The notes under the pieces are model-generated. The model saw nothing but the letters and a program-made list of their open reading frames with translations, ran no database searches and had not been told where the DNA came from. Positions 43,201 to 53,088 of a stretch of 64,000 bases of DNA are shown one piece after another. Numbering within the stretch: position 1 is the stretch's first letter; every line of letters begins with the position of its first letter. This DNA comes from Pseudomonadota bacterium (GTDB lineage Bacteria > Myxococcota > JACRCW01 > JAFGSX01), in assembly GCA_043821645.1 (NCBI GenBank), contig JBDRCO010000118.1, positions 64,001 through 128,000 on the forward strand. The letters run 5' to 3'. Both the position numbers and the translations under genes were made by a program.

Positions 43201-45927
43201 GTCGTTGGTGCACCGGCTCAGGCTGGCACTGTTCAGGCGGTTGGGCCGCTTGAGGTAGAGCTGGACACGGTCACCTTCGTAGTAGGACTTGGCCAGGTCG
43301 CAGACGGAGGTCTTGCCACCGGAGCACTGGCCGGGCACATCGGAGTACAGATCGTTGTCGCCGTAGGCCGCCAGAGCCTCGGTCACGCTGGGCTCGGTGG
43401 TGCCGGCGAGGACGACGGTGCCCTTGGCATGGCTCGAATACGCGCGGTTGGTGTCCGCGGCCACGAAGTGCGTGCGCGCCACAGTGCCCACGTCCGAGGT
43501 GCCGGGGATGAAGGCGAACAACGAGCCGTTGAAGGTGGAGACCCGGGTCCAGCCACTGCTGGCGTTGGCCGGGATGGGCGCGCCGGTGAAGGTGCGGCAG
43601 GCGCCGTCGCCGTCCCAGGCGCGCGCGGTCGAGAACAGGTAGATGTTGACCGGGTCGCACATCGAGGTGGTGGCAATGCCGCTCTGATAGGCCGGAAACA
43701 CATCCGCCACGTCGGAGGCAAAGGTCGGGTAAAAGCCCAGCACCCCGCGCATGCCACCGTAGGTCACGCCGGCCGGATCCGCGGTGGCGCCCTTGTCAAA
43801 CTGAAAGGGTCCGTAGTAGGCCGCCTGGTCTCGCCACTTGGGCGTGGTCGACGGGGCCACGTAGCCTGTACCCAGGTCGGCAAAGGTCAGCACCAGGGGG
43901 TCCACCGCCGCCGAGCCCACCCGGGTGAGCACGAGGATGTAGTAGGTGTCCGCAGCGGGCGTGGTGTAGACGATGCGCGAGCAACTGCCCACGCCGCTAT
44001 TGTCGTTGCTGGCCACCAGGGTGGCCCAGCTCCAGCTGAAGTTGCCCGGCTCGGGTCTGTCATAGGTCGGGCTGTCGTAGCGGTAGAGCTGCAGGTAGGT
44101 GTCGCCGGGGCAACCGCCCAGTCCATCGCCGGTCTCGAACTCCACCCGTCGCCCGTCGCCGATGCCGAAGATGTAGTAGTCGGTGGGGTCGCTCGCCGAC
44201 ACACCGGTGCGTATGCCCCCGGCGCGCGAGCTGACCGAGTACACGCCCGTGTTGTGCACCGAGCCGCCGTAGTGCATGAGCTCGGGCGCGGTGGTCGGGT
44301 CGTTGTTGGCCGGCTCGAGATCGTCCATGAAGCTGCGGTGGCGCAGGGCGTAGGCGTAGACCGCGGCATCGCCGCCGTTCTCCTCGACCTTGAGGATGTA
44401 GTGGTGCCCGGGCTCGACCAGCACGTCGTCGATGCGTGGGCAGGTGCTGGCGCCCCAGTCGTTGTTCTGGGCGATCTGCACCAGGCTCCCCGAGGCCAGC
44501 TTGTCGTACAGGGTGAGCACGGTGTCCTGGGTGCAGGCACCGTCCAGGTCCACCACGTCGAAGCTGTCGTAGGTCGCGGTGTAGCTGTAGAAGCCGTAGT
44601 AGTCGACCTCGCCCGCCGGGTACAGGCTGCCCGAAAGCACGCCATTGCCGACGATGGAGGGGGCCGTGGTGGTGCTGTTGTTGGCGGGTTCTGCTTCGAG
44701 GAAGCGCTTGTCGCCGTCCAGGTACAGCCCGCGCCCCGGGTCCACGATGGCCGGGTCGACCAGGTTCAAGGTCAGGCTCTCGCTGCTGCGCCCGTCGGGG
44801 GACAGCAGGTGCAGGTAGTAGTTGCTGAGCGTGGCGTTGTTGCCGTTCTCGATCACGCGCAGGTAGTACGGGCCGGTCGCGGTGGCCGTGTACAGGATGC
44901 GCGAGCACTGGTTGGTGCCACTGTCGTTGTTGTTGAGCACCACGGTGTTGCCGGAGTCGTACAGCGTCAGGTAGGTGTCGAATCCCGCCGTGCACGTGGA
45001 GTAGGACGACGACGAGGTGGCGGTCCACACCTCGATGCTGTCCCCGGCCTCGGCGTAGATCTGAAAGAAGTCAGCGTCCGCCACCGGCGAGATGCTGCCG
45101 CGTGTCGCGGTGCCCACCCGCAGGTAGTTGGGGTGCAGGTAGTCGTCGTTGAACTCGTACTCGGTGCTCAGCGGCGGCAACATGGGGCGAAACACCCAGT
45201 TGCCGGGCGGCCCCGCGGGCACCTGGAACGAAAAGGCCGGCCCCGCGCTGGCGTCCCAGTCCAGGTCGACCCAGTTGGGCAAGGTCGGCGGCGAGCAGGT
45301 CCAGCCAGCCGGGCAGCTCACCAGCTCGAGCATGCTGTCGATGCTGGTGGTCGGCAGCACGCGGGTCGCCCACATGTTCACCGGAACAGGCATGGCCGCG
45401 GCGTCCCCGGCCAGGTACTGCCGATTGTCGTGGAAGTACATGGCCGGCCAGTGCAGCAGGGAACCCGAGTTGGTGGTCACCGATGCCGCGAAGGCCTCGT
45501 CGTCACAGGCGCCGTAGTGCGGGGTGGGTGTAAAAAAGAACTCGCACGCGGTGATGAGCAGGCAGTTGGTCCCGAGCAACTGCGTGGTGATGCGTCCCGG
45601 CAGCGTCAGGGTCGAGTTCGCAGTGCTGTTCGAGGCACTCCAGGTGGGCATGTCGGTGCGATTCAGGGTGTTGGCTTCGCTGCACACGCCGCGCTCGTAG
45701 GAGACCCAGTCGACGCTCCAGAAGATGATCGAGGAGGCCTGGCCGGTGACGCCCACCGCCAGCGAGAAGTCGGCGCCAGCGTCGACATACTTGGTGCCCA
45801 CCGCGGTGATGGTGATGGCGCGCGCCAGTCCCGGCGCCAGCAGGGTCCCCAGCAGCGCGAGCCAGAGCAGCTCACCTCGCCACCGTCGTCCGCCCGGGAA
45901 ATGCCGCCTGCCGTTGCGCTCCACCAT
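34239..45927 (-). CDS. Giant surface adhesin (~3,900 aa) with PPC-like, cadherin/He_PIG-like and Fn3-like repeats; MYXO-CTERM anchor frameshifted at 34532-34537
   Basis: Signal peptide ending PGLARA; many VNDAP/VNDPP...ED..YSY...D.D...WTP repeats; acidic DVDNDALPD...DPDSDGLSN loop. The GCGC-TM-RRRRR tail lies in a different frame ending at 34239. Confidence 0.85.
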
Positions 45928-45955
45928 CGCCCACCTCACCTGCGGCCGACGCCGC

Positions 45956-48900
45956 CTACTGCACCACCACCCAGGCCGCACCGTACAGACCGTCGGGCAC
46001 CAGCAGCCCGCGACTCGTCGTCACCACGCGAGAAGGCCGCCGCAGCTCGGGCAAGGCCATGCGCGGATAGCTTGGCACGGCAGCACTCGCGTCGGTCGGC
46101 ATGTCGAGCACGTAGGCGCCATCGCTCTGCGTCGACACGAACAGCCGCGGCCCCAGATCGGCCAGGGCCTCAGGCGCCGAGGGAAGCTGCAGATCGACGC
46201 GCTGCGGCGCGCCACTGCTCCAACGGTAGACACCCGTCTCGTCGACACTCCCCAGGGAGCGACGTCCCGACAGCAGCAGGGCGTCGGGCGAACGCTGGGG
46301 TCGAAGCAGGTCGTACACGTAGCTGCCCTCGCTGCGGCGCTGCGCGCAGTCGAGGGCCAGACCCTGCCCCGCGGGCGCTTGCAGGGTCGTACCGAGTTCG
46401 ACCAGATACAGGCCAAAGGGCTGGGCGCCAAGCCAGGCCCTCGCGCCGTCGACAACGGGGGCGTAGATCTCGACGCTGTCCTCGAGGGTCACGGCCTCGA
46501 CGGCCCGCACCTCGAGCACACCGCTGTCCAGGTCCTCGGCGAGAGCGATGCGCGCCAGCGCCGTGGGGTGACAGGCAAAGCTGTCGTCGGCGCCGTTCTG
46601 CAGAGTCAGCAGCAGGTCGAGACCCACCGCCTGCAATGATCCCGCGGTGAGGTAGGTGAAGCTCTGACTGCCTGTGGACCGGGCCAGCGCCGGCAGCAGG
46701 CTGCGCAGGCGCTCGGGCAGGTCGGTGTCGACCCGCTGCAGCTCGCCGCTGCCCGTCGCGGAACTGTGCGCGCTGAACCACAGCCGCCCGTAGACGTCGA
46801 TGGCCAGCACGCCGAGTCCGGGCATCGTCGCGGCCGAGGTCAGCCACGGGGCGCCAAAGGGAAAGCGCGCGTGCTGCGTGCTGCCGCTGGGATCGATGGC
46901 CAGGGATTGCGGCACGCTGCGCACCCGTTGAGCCGCGGTCTGGCCCAGCGCAACCTGGCGCAGCGCGGGAGCAAAGGACAGCACGTCGGCGCCTCCTCCC
47001 TCCACCAGCCAGGCGTTTGCGCCGTCGACCAGAGCCTGGGTCACGGGCAGGCCCCAGAACAGGCGCTGCGTTTCACCGATCAGATCTTGCCCCAGGTCCA
47101 CGGCGCAGCGGCGCTGTACCTCCGCTCCCTGCTCGGTGGTGACGCACAGACCAGGCGCCACCGCCTCGAGCGCGCGGATCGAGGCTCCCGCTTCCAGTCC
47201 GAGTCGGCCCACGAAGGAAGGCGCCGCCCAGGCCGGAGCGCGCAGGAAGTACAAGCCGGCGGACGCTTGCATGGCGTCGACGCTCTCGGCGGCAATGGCC
47301 ACCAGATCATCGAAGGCCGCCAGCCTGACAGCGCGGGCTGCGATCGGAAGCGGAACCGGCAGCCGCGGTGCCAGGCAGCCCAGCTCGCCCGGCGCCACAC
47401 CGCCGCCCGGGGCAGCGGCCAGGGCTGCGGCGCAGGCGTCGAGATCGATGGCCTGCACGCCACTCTCCTCGAGCGCGATCCACAGCGTGTCGCCGATCAG
47501 CTCGAGGTCCGGCGGTGCCGTCGCAAAACCACCGAAGGAGCCGAGCAGATCGTCGGGGGCGTCGCGGCGCACCACCTGCAGGGTGTAGGGCTGGGCCGCG
47601 CGCAGCAGGATCAGAGCCTGGCCCCAGCTCAGTACGCGCTCGGTGGGAGCCGTGATGCCGCCGGGCAGGTGGTGGCGGGGGGCGCTCGCGAAGTCGTCGC
47701 GCACCAGGGTGATCCCGCTGGCCGTGCCCAGCACCAGCACGCCCGGTCGCGCTGCCAGACTGCGCACCACCGCGCCGACGTCCACCGAGCGCGAGCTGCT
47801 CTCGGCGCCATCGACGTCGACCATCACCTCATGCACGCCCAGGGCGTCGCCGGCAGCAAAGAAGCGGTTGCGGCCTGCCACGACGTCGTGCGAGGGCAGG
47901 GTGAGGGTCTGCGCCGCTCCGTGATCGGGCACCACGGCGAGGCCGCCACTTCCCAGGGCGTAGGCCCGCGCCGCACCGCTGCGCGCCACGGCCACACCGC
48001 GCGGCACGTTCTCGACCTCACTGCCCAGGATGGGCGTCACCTCGTCGGGCCGCACCGCCAGCGCCTGGGACCAGCACGACGTGTTGCCGACGGCGTCGAC
48101 CGCGGCCACCTGCAGGTAGACATCGGTTCCGGGACGCAGACCGTTGAGCACCAGCGCAGGCAGCACGGTCTCGACGGGGCTCGGCCCCTCGAGGGCAAAG
48201 CGCGCGCTCTCGAAGGGGTCGTCCTCGACCCGTTCTCCGTGCGGGCAGCGCGCGGTGGCCAGGCTCGCTGGCCTCGGCACCAGACTGTAGGATACGAACC
48301 ACGCGGCCGCGTCGTCGTCGTCAGGCAGCGGGGCGGGCTGCTGCCAGCGCAGCTCGACGCGCTCGCGACCGACCCGGGCCTGCAAGCCCTCGGGCTCGGC
48401 CGGCGCCAGGGTGTCGCGCACGATCTCCAGCTGCAGGGCCTCGCTGCGGTTGTCGAGAGCGTCGCGCGCGACCACCTCGAGGCGCCACAGCACGCGGGCG
48501 GCGTCCACTTGCGCCGGCAACAGAGACAGGGTCGCGTGACAGGCCCCACTGGCGTCGGGAAGCTCGAGGCCCAGGACGTCGCTGCCGTCGGGGCGCCGAC
48601 GCGTGATCTCGAAGATCTCGCCGGGGCGCTGCAGCGGGTCACAGCTGAGGATCTCGATCTCGATGCTGTCGTCCTGGGTCTGCGCCGGCACCGCCGCGAT
48701 CTGCGGACGCGGCGGGGGCGTGCGGTTCACCGCGCAGCGGGTGGGGAGCTGCAGGTGCTGGCCCGCGACGAGGGTCATGCTGAGAGGTGGTGGGAGATCA
48801 AAGCCCGGGCGCAGGAACTCGATGCTGTAGTCGCCAGGCTGGATGTTGATGAAGCCGAAGCGGCCATTGCTGTCGGTCTGCTGACTCTGCACGCGCAGAT

Positions 48901-49198
48901 CGCCGTTGTCCGACGCTGTACCGAGGCCGCGCAGCACCACCTCGAAGCCCGCGTGGTCGCCGACGAGCTGAGCGCAGCTCGCCGCCTCGGGCCACTTGAG
49001 CTGGCCCTGGGCGTCCTCCTCGTAGGGGGCGTACACCGCCTGTATCGCCCCATCGACCCGTGCCGCGGCCTGGTAGATCAAGGGCGTCCGCTCATCGTAG
49101 GGATTGCGCGGAGAAAAGCAGGCCCCCGCGGTGAGCAGCGCCGTCAGCAGGACAGCCCGGCGCAGGTGCGGGGCGACAGGCAAGGGCGAAAGCAACAT
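45956..49198 (-). CDS. Lipoprotein with carboxypeptidase-regulatory-like/Fn3 domains and beta-propeller repeats
   Basis: Lipobox LTAGA-C; TDSNGRFGFINIQPGDYSIEF; LNGLRPGTDVYLQVAAVDAVGN. Ends 28 bp before the adhesin start. Confidence 0.7.
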   Translation of the reverse strand: MLLSPLPVAPHLRRAVLLTALLTAGACFSPRNPYDERTPLIYQAAARVDGAIQAVYAPYEEDAQGQLKWPEAASCAQLVGDHAGFEVVLRGLGTASDNGDLRVQSQQTDSNGRFGFINIQPGDYSIEFLRPGFDLPPPLSMTLVAGQHLQLPTRCAVNRTPPPRPQIAAVPAQTQDDSIEIEILSCDPLQRPGEIFEITRRRPDGSDVLGLELPDASGACHATLSLLPAQVDAARVLWRLEVVARDALDNRSEALQLEIVRDTLAPAEPEGLQARVGRERVELRWQQPAPLPDDDDAAAWFVSYSLVPRPASLATARCPHGERVEDDPFESARFALEGPSPVETVLPALVLNGLRPGTDVYLQVAAVDAVGNTSCWSQALAVRPDEVTPILGSEVENVPRGVAVARSGAARAYALGSGGLAVVPDHGAAQTLTLPSHDVVAGRNRFFAAGDALGVHEVMVDVDGAESSSRSVDVGAVVRSLAARPGVLVLGTASGITLVRDDFASAPRHHLPGGITAPTERVLSWGQALILLRAAQPYTLQVVRRDAPDDLLGSFGGFATAPPDLELIGDTLWIALEESGVQAIDLDACAAALAAAPGGGVAPGELGCLAPRLPVPLPIAARAVRLAAFDDLVAIAAESVDAMQASAGLYFLRAPAWAAPSFVGRLGLEAGASIRALEAVAPGLCVTTEQGAEVQRRCAVDLGQDLIGETQRLFWGLPVTQALVDGANAWLVEGGGADVLSFAPALRQVALGQTAAQRVRSVPQSLAIDPSGSTQHARFPFGAPWLTSAATMPGLGVLAIDVYGRLWFSAHSSATGSGELQRVDTDLPERLRSLLPALARSTGSQSFTYLTAGSLQAVGLDLLLTLQNGADDSFACHPTALARIALAEDLDSGVLEVRAVEAVTLEDSVEIYAPVVDGARAWLGAQPFGLYLVELGTTLQAPAGQGLALDCAQRRSEGSYVYDLLRPQRSPDALLLSGRRSLGSVDETGVYRWSSGAPQRVDLQLPSAPEALADLGPRLFVSTQSDGAYVLDMPTDASAAVPSYPRMALPELRRPSRVVTTSRGLLVPDGLYGAAWVVVQ

Positions 49199-49439
49199 CG
49201 TGTCACTCCAGCATGAGAGATGTGTCTACCTGCGCATCCGCCACACCGCGGGATACGCAGGTTCAGACCGATAGAGCTGTGGCCATTAAATATACACGAA
49301 CTGCGCAGTGACGCTCGCTGTGCGGCGGCGGCGAAAAAGATCATCTCTTCATGACGTCAAAATTGCCCCCATCTTGATATGGATGGGCAGTCGATCATCT
49401 TTTTGTCCGGAACCTGGCGCGACGCAAGGGAGCCCTTCG

Positions 49440-50957
49440 ATGACCAAGATCCAGCGCAACACCTTCGTGCAGCAGCACCAGAACCAGAGCGTCGACCTCA
49501 ACAAGCTCGAGCGCAAGGTGGGCGGCGACCCCGCTGCCAAGGCCGACCTCGACGACGCCGGCGTGAGCATGGACAAGCTTCGCCAGGCCGACCGCAACCG
49601 CGACGGCAAGCTCGACAGCAGCGAGGCCTTTCGCCTGGCCGACAACTACGACCGCGATGGCTCGTCGCAGAGCTTGATCGCCGTGGACAGAGCCGGCCAG
49701 CAGACCCAGGCCGGCAAGGCCGCGGGAGCCCTCGGCGCCTTGCTGGCCAGCCGGGACCTGCAGCCCGACAAGCCTGCCAACGACGACATCCTGTTCGTGG
49801 GCATGAACCCCGATGCCAAGCACGAGGCGCGCAACCTGGCGCAAAATACCAGCGGACGCATGACCACCATCCTCGACGGCAGCGCCGGCAACGACCAGAT
49901 CAAGGTGGGCAGCACCACCTATGACCTGAACACCCCCGAGGGCCGCGGCGGCTTCGTCGGCACCCTGGGTCTGCCTGCGGATCAGTCCCAAAAGGTCGCC
50001 GACGCCATTGCCTCGGGTGGCGACGACGCCAAGGACGAGCTGGCGCAGATCGCGCAGGTCTGGGCCAAGGCCGAGAAGGGGGACAGCATCCCATCGCGGC
50101 TGGTGCTGTCGGGTCATCACGTCGGCTCGGCCATCTGGGGCGACGACAACGGCCGCCTGACCTGGGATTCGATGAAGAAACTCAGCGACGCCATGCCCGA
50201 GGCCGCCAAGCAAGTGCAGGATCTCAACATCTCCGCCTGCTACTCGGGCGGCGCCGATAAGGCCCAGAAATACCAAGGTATTTTCCCAAACGTCAAAACC
50301 ATCTGGGCCTATTCAGGTTCGGCGCCTGGCTCCTGGTCCGGCGCCATGGCGCACCAGAAATACTGGGAGCGCGCCACGCGCGGCAACCAGACGGATCTGC
50401 AGCCCACCGTGGATCAACTCAAGGGCTGGAGCACCCGCAAGGCCGAGAATATCGACGTCCGCGCCGTGGATCAGGCGGCGGCCTACAATGGCCCGCCGCT
50501 GGCGGATCTGCGCCAGGGCATCAACCAGGGCGAGGCGGTGTACCAGCAGTACTTCAGCGGCGAGCGTCCGGTCGAGGACCGCCAGAACGGACCCCTGCGC
50601 GGCTACTACAACCAGATCCAGGCCGCCTTGCAGCACCCGGATCTGCCGCAGAGCGAGCGCCAGAACCTCGAGGGTCTGCGCGATCAGTGCATTCGCCGGC
50701 TGTTTTACGAAAGCCACATCGGGCACCGCTTTCAGGAGACCCACCAGGCGCAGATCCAGCAGGGGTATCAAGCACTTGGCATGACACCCCCGGACTTTGG
50801 CAGCCTCTCCAGGGCCGATGCCCAGCAGGTCATACAGCAGTTCCGCGACAAGCTCGACAGCTCGCCTGGCGCCGCGCCGGCGGCGCAGAACCTGCTGCCC
50901 TTGCTCAACGGTTTGTGGAACCTGGACGCGCAGGTCATCCCGGAGACCTGGATCTGA
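49440..50957 (+). CDS. EF-hand-like N-terminal domain + putative caspase/CHAT-like (clan CD) cysteine peptidase
   Basis: GGGAG RBS; DRNRDGKLDSSE loop; LVLSGHH and LNISACYS dyad-like motifs; no signal peptide. Confidence 0.7.
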   Translation: MTKIQRNTFVQQHQNQSVDLNKLERKVGGDPAAKADLDDAGVSMDKLRQADRNRDGKLDSSEAFRLADNYDRDGSSQSLIAVDRAGQQTQAGKAAGALGALLASRDLQPDKPANDDILFVGMNPDAKHEARNLAQNTSGRMTTILDGSAGNDQIKVGSTTYDLNTPEGRGGFVGTLGLPADQSQKVADAIASGGDDAKDELAQIAQVWAKAEKGDSIPSRLVLSGHHVGSAIWGDDNGRLTWDSMKKLSDAMPEAAKQVQDLNISACYSGGADKAQKYQGIFPNVKTIWAYSGSAPGSWSGAMAHQKYWERATRGNQTDLQPTVDQLKGWSTRKAENIDVRAVDQAAAYNGPPLADLRQGINQGEAVYQQYFSGERPVEDRQNGPLRGYYNQIQAALQHPDLPQSERQNLEGLRDQCIRRLFYESHIGHRFQETHQAQIQQGYQALGMTPPDFGSLSRADAQQVIQQFRDKLDSSPGAAPAAQNLLPLLNGLWNLDAQVIPETWI

Positions 50958-50965
50958 GCCCCCGC

Positions 50966-51532
50966 ATGACACAGGCCTCGCGCATCGCATGCGGGCTCGT
51001 CGCACTGGCTGCCCTGGCCGCCTGCGCCACTGCCCCGCGCACCGAATCCGTGGCGGATCCGGCACCTGTCTGCAACTTCGAATCCGGCCTGCGCGCGGTC
51101 GAAGCCGCCCCGGTCGAGCTGCGGGTCACCCCTGCCCTTGCAGCCCTCGCCCAGGCCTGCCCCGGGGTCCTGGGCAACCTGGCCCAGGCCGCGGACCAGG
51201 CGCGCCAGCTGCCGCGAGCCGAACGCGCGCGCATCCTGGGTGAAGCCGCCAGCCAGGCCCTGCCCCCGGCCTGCGCCACCACCTCGCCAGGCGCTCCAGC
51301 CAGCAGCGTGAGCTGGGGCTGCCCACCGCCCGAACCCATGCGGCTCGAAGCGCAGCTGCTCGCCGATCTCGACGCGGGCACCTACCTGTTCGCCATCGCC
51401 GTGCGCAGTCGCCTGGCTGGCGCGCAGCAGCTGAGTACCTACTCGGTCAAGCTGATCGACAACCTCATCCTGGCTGCTGCCCTGGAGGGCGAGGCAGCCC
51501 GAACCGGCGTCCGCACGACGCCGCCCCTGTGA
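50966..51532 (+). CDS. Small helical lipoprotein (candidate immunity/partner protein)
   Basis: Lipobox LAALAA-C; starts 8 bp after the upstream stop. Confidence 0.7.
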   Translation: MTQASRIACGLVALAALAACATAPRTESVADPAPVCNFESGLRAVEAAPVELRVTPALAALAQACPGVLGNLAQAADQARQLPRAERARILGEAASQALPPACATTSPGAPASSVSWGCPPPEPMRLEAQLLADLDAGTYLFAIAVRSRLAGAQQLSTYSVKLIDNLILAAALEGEAARTGVRTTPPL

Positions 51533-51537
51533 GTGCC

Positions 51538-53037
51538 ATGTCTGACAAGCGGATGTTTCTGGCCCTGTTGACCACCTGCAGCCTGCTGAGCTTTGCCTGC
51601 CTGCCAGGCACCTCCGTGGAGCCCGACGACGCAGGCCTGGACGCCGGCGCCAGCGATCTCGCCAGCGCGGATCTCACCGGCCCTGACCTCAGCGGCCGTG
51701 ACCTCACCGCGATGGACACCAGCACGGGCAGCGATCGCGCCGTGGCTGCCGACAGCGCTGGCCACGACGCCAGCTCGGGCGTGGATGCCGGCGGCGGCTT
51801 CGACGCTACCCTGCCCACCGGCACCGAGCTCAACGACGGCTGGATTGGCGGCGCCTGCGCCACCCCGGCGGACTGCGACCTGAGCGACTTCAACGGTACT
51901 GCCGAGTGTGAAACGACGGGCTTCGACAATGGCTTCTGCACCCAGGCCTGCTTTGAGAGCACCGTCATCACGGGTCGCTGGGTGTGCCCGGATTCCACCA
52001 GCACGGGCTACGGCGCGGGCACGGGCTACACCGTGACCCGCTGCATCACCACCACCGACGGCAGCCCCACCTGCGTCGCCCAGTGCGACTACGAGCAGTC
52101 GGCCAGCGGTTGCCGGCCGGGCTACGTGTGCGTGCTCAAGCAGCGTCACAACGAGCCGGATTCGATCTTCCCGGTGTGCCTGCCCGAGGCCACCCAGACC
52201 TGGCCCGGCGCCACGCCACCCGCCAACGACATCGGCGCCGCCTGCACCGCGGACACAGGCTGCGCCAACCTGTCGTGCATGGACAGCCTGCCCGGGGGCT
52301 ACTGCACCAAGACCATGTGCAACGTGGCCGGCTGCCCGAGCGGATCGGCCTGCTATCGCGTGTCCAGCGCTGGCGACACCGCCTGCATCAAGACCTGCAC
52401 CCAGACCAGCCAGTGCCGGCAGGGCGAGGGTTACATCTGCGACAGCGACCACACCTGCTGGCCCGATACCACCCAGCCACCGCCGGTGCAGTGGGACCAG
52501 ACCGTGGGCGCGCCGGGTTGCGCCGCGGCCTGGCCCAACAATCTGTCGCCCTGCGACCTCGTCCCGGACGACTACCTCGTCATCGACAAGTCGGCGCGCA
52601 ACCTGGCGCTGTGCAACGCCGGCAATCTGGTGCAGAACTTCAACATCGGCATCACCCCTGCGCCTTACGACGTGGGCGACAAGGTCAGGGAGGGCGACGG
52701 CCGCACCCCCGAGGGCGTGTTCTACGTTGCCTCGCTGATCCCCAACTCGAGCTACTACAAGGCCTTCTTGATCAGCTACCCGGACAGCGCCGACGCCGAT
52801 CGTGGCCTGGCCGCCAATCCGGCCCTGATCAATCAGGGCGAACACGACGCCATCGATACCGCGCAGCAGGCCTGCGACGTGCCACCGCAGACCACCAGCC
52901 TGGGCAGCTACATCGAGGTGCACGGCAACTACCCGGGCTACGACTGGACCGTGGGCTGCGTATCGGTGAGCGACGCCAACATGGACCTGCTATGGGCCGT
53001 CATCGGTGAAGACGACAGCATCGTGATCAACCCGTGA
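51538..53037 (+). CDS. Cys-rich lipoprotein with a C-terminal L,D-transpeptidase (YkuD, YafK/DpaA-like) domain
   Basis: Lipobox SFA-C; IDKSAR.L, DKVREGDGRTPEG, ISYP, IEVHG...DWTVGCVSV. Confidence 0.85.
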   Translation: MSDKRMFLALLTTCSLLSFACLPGTSVEPDDAGLDAGASDLASADLTGPDLSGRDLTAMDTSTGSDRAVAADSAGHDASSGVDAGGGFDATLPTGTELNDGWIGGACATPADCDLSDFNGTAECETTGFDNGFCTQACFESTVITGRWVCPDSTSTGYGAGTGYTVTRCITTTDGSPTCVAQCDYEQSASGCRPGYVCVLKQRHNEPDSIFPVCLPEATQTWPGATPPANDIGAACTADTGCANLSCMDSLPGGYCTKTMCNVAGCPSGSACYRVSSAGDTACIKTCTQTSQCRQGEGYICDSDHTCWPDTTQPPPVQWDQTVGAPGCAAAWPNNLSPCDLVPDDYLVIDKSARNLALCNAGNLVQNFNIGITPAPYDVGDKVREGDGRTPEGVFYVASLIPNSSYYKAFLISYPDSADADRGLAANPALINQGEHDAIDTAQQACDVPPQTTSLGSYIEVHGNYPGYDWTVGCVSVSDANMDLLWAVIGEDDSIVINP

Positions 53038-53088
53038 GCGCGCCAGCGCGAGACGCTGTCCCGCAGTGACCGATAAAAGGAGCTTCCG

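Noticed and set aside
53068-53076. GACCGATAA, a sigma-28-like -10 box (also at 32582 and, as GACCGATAG, at 49266)
   Set aside because: No TAAA-like -35 box at the proper spacing, and distances to the start codons are inconsistent.
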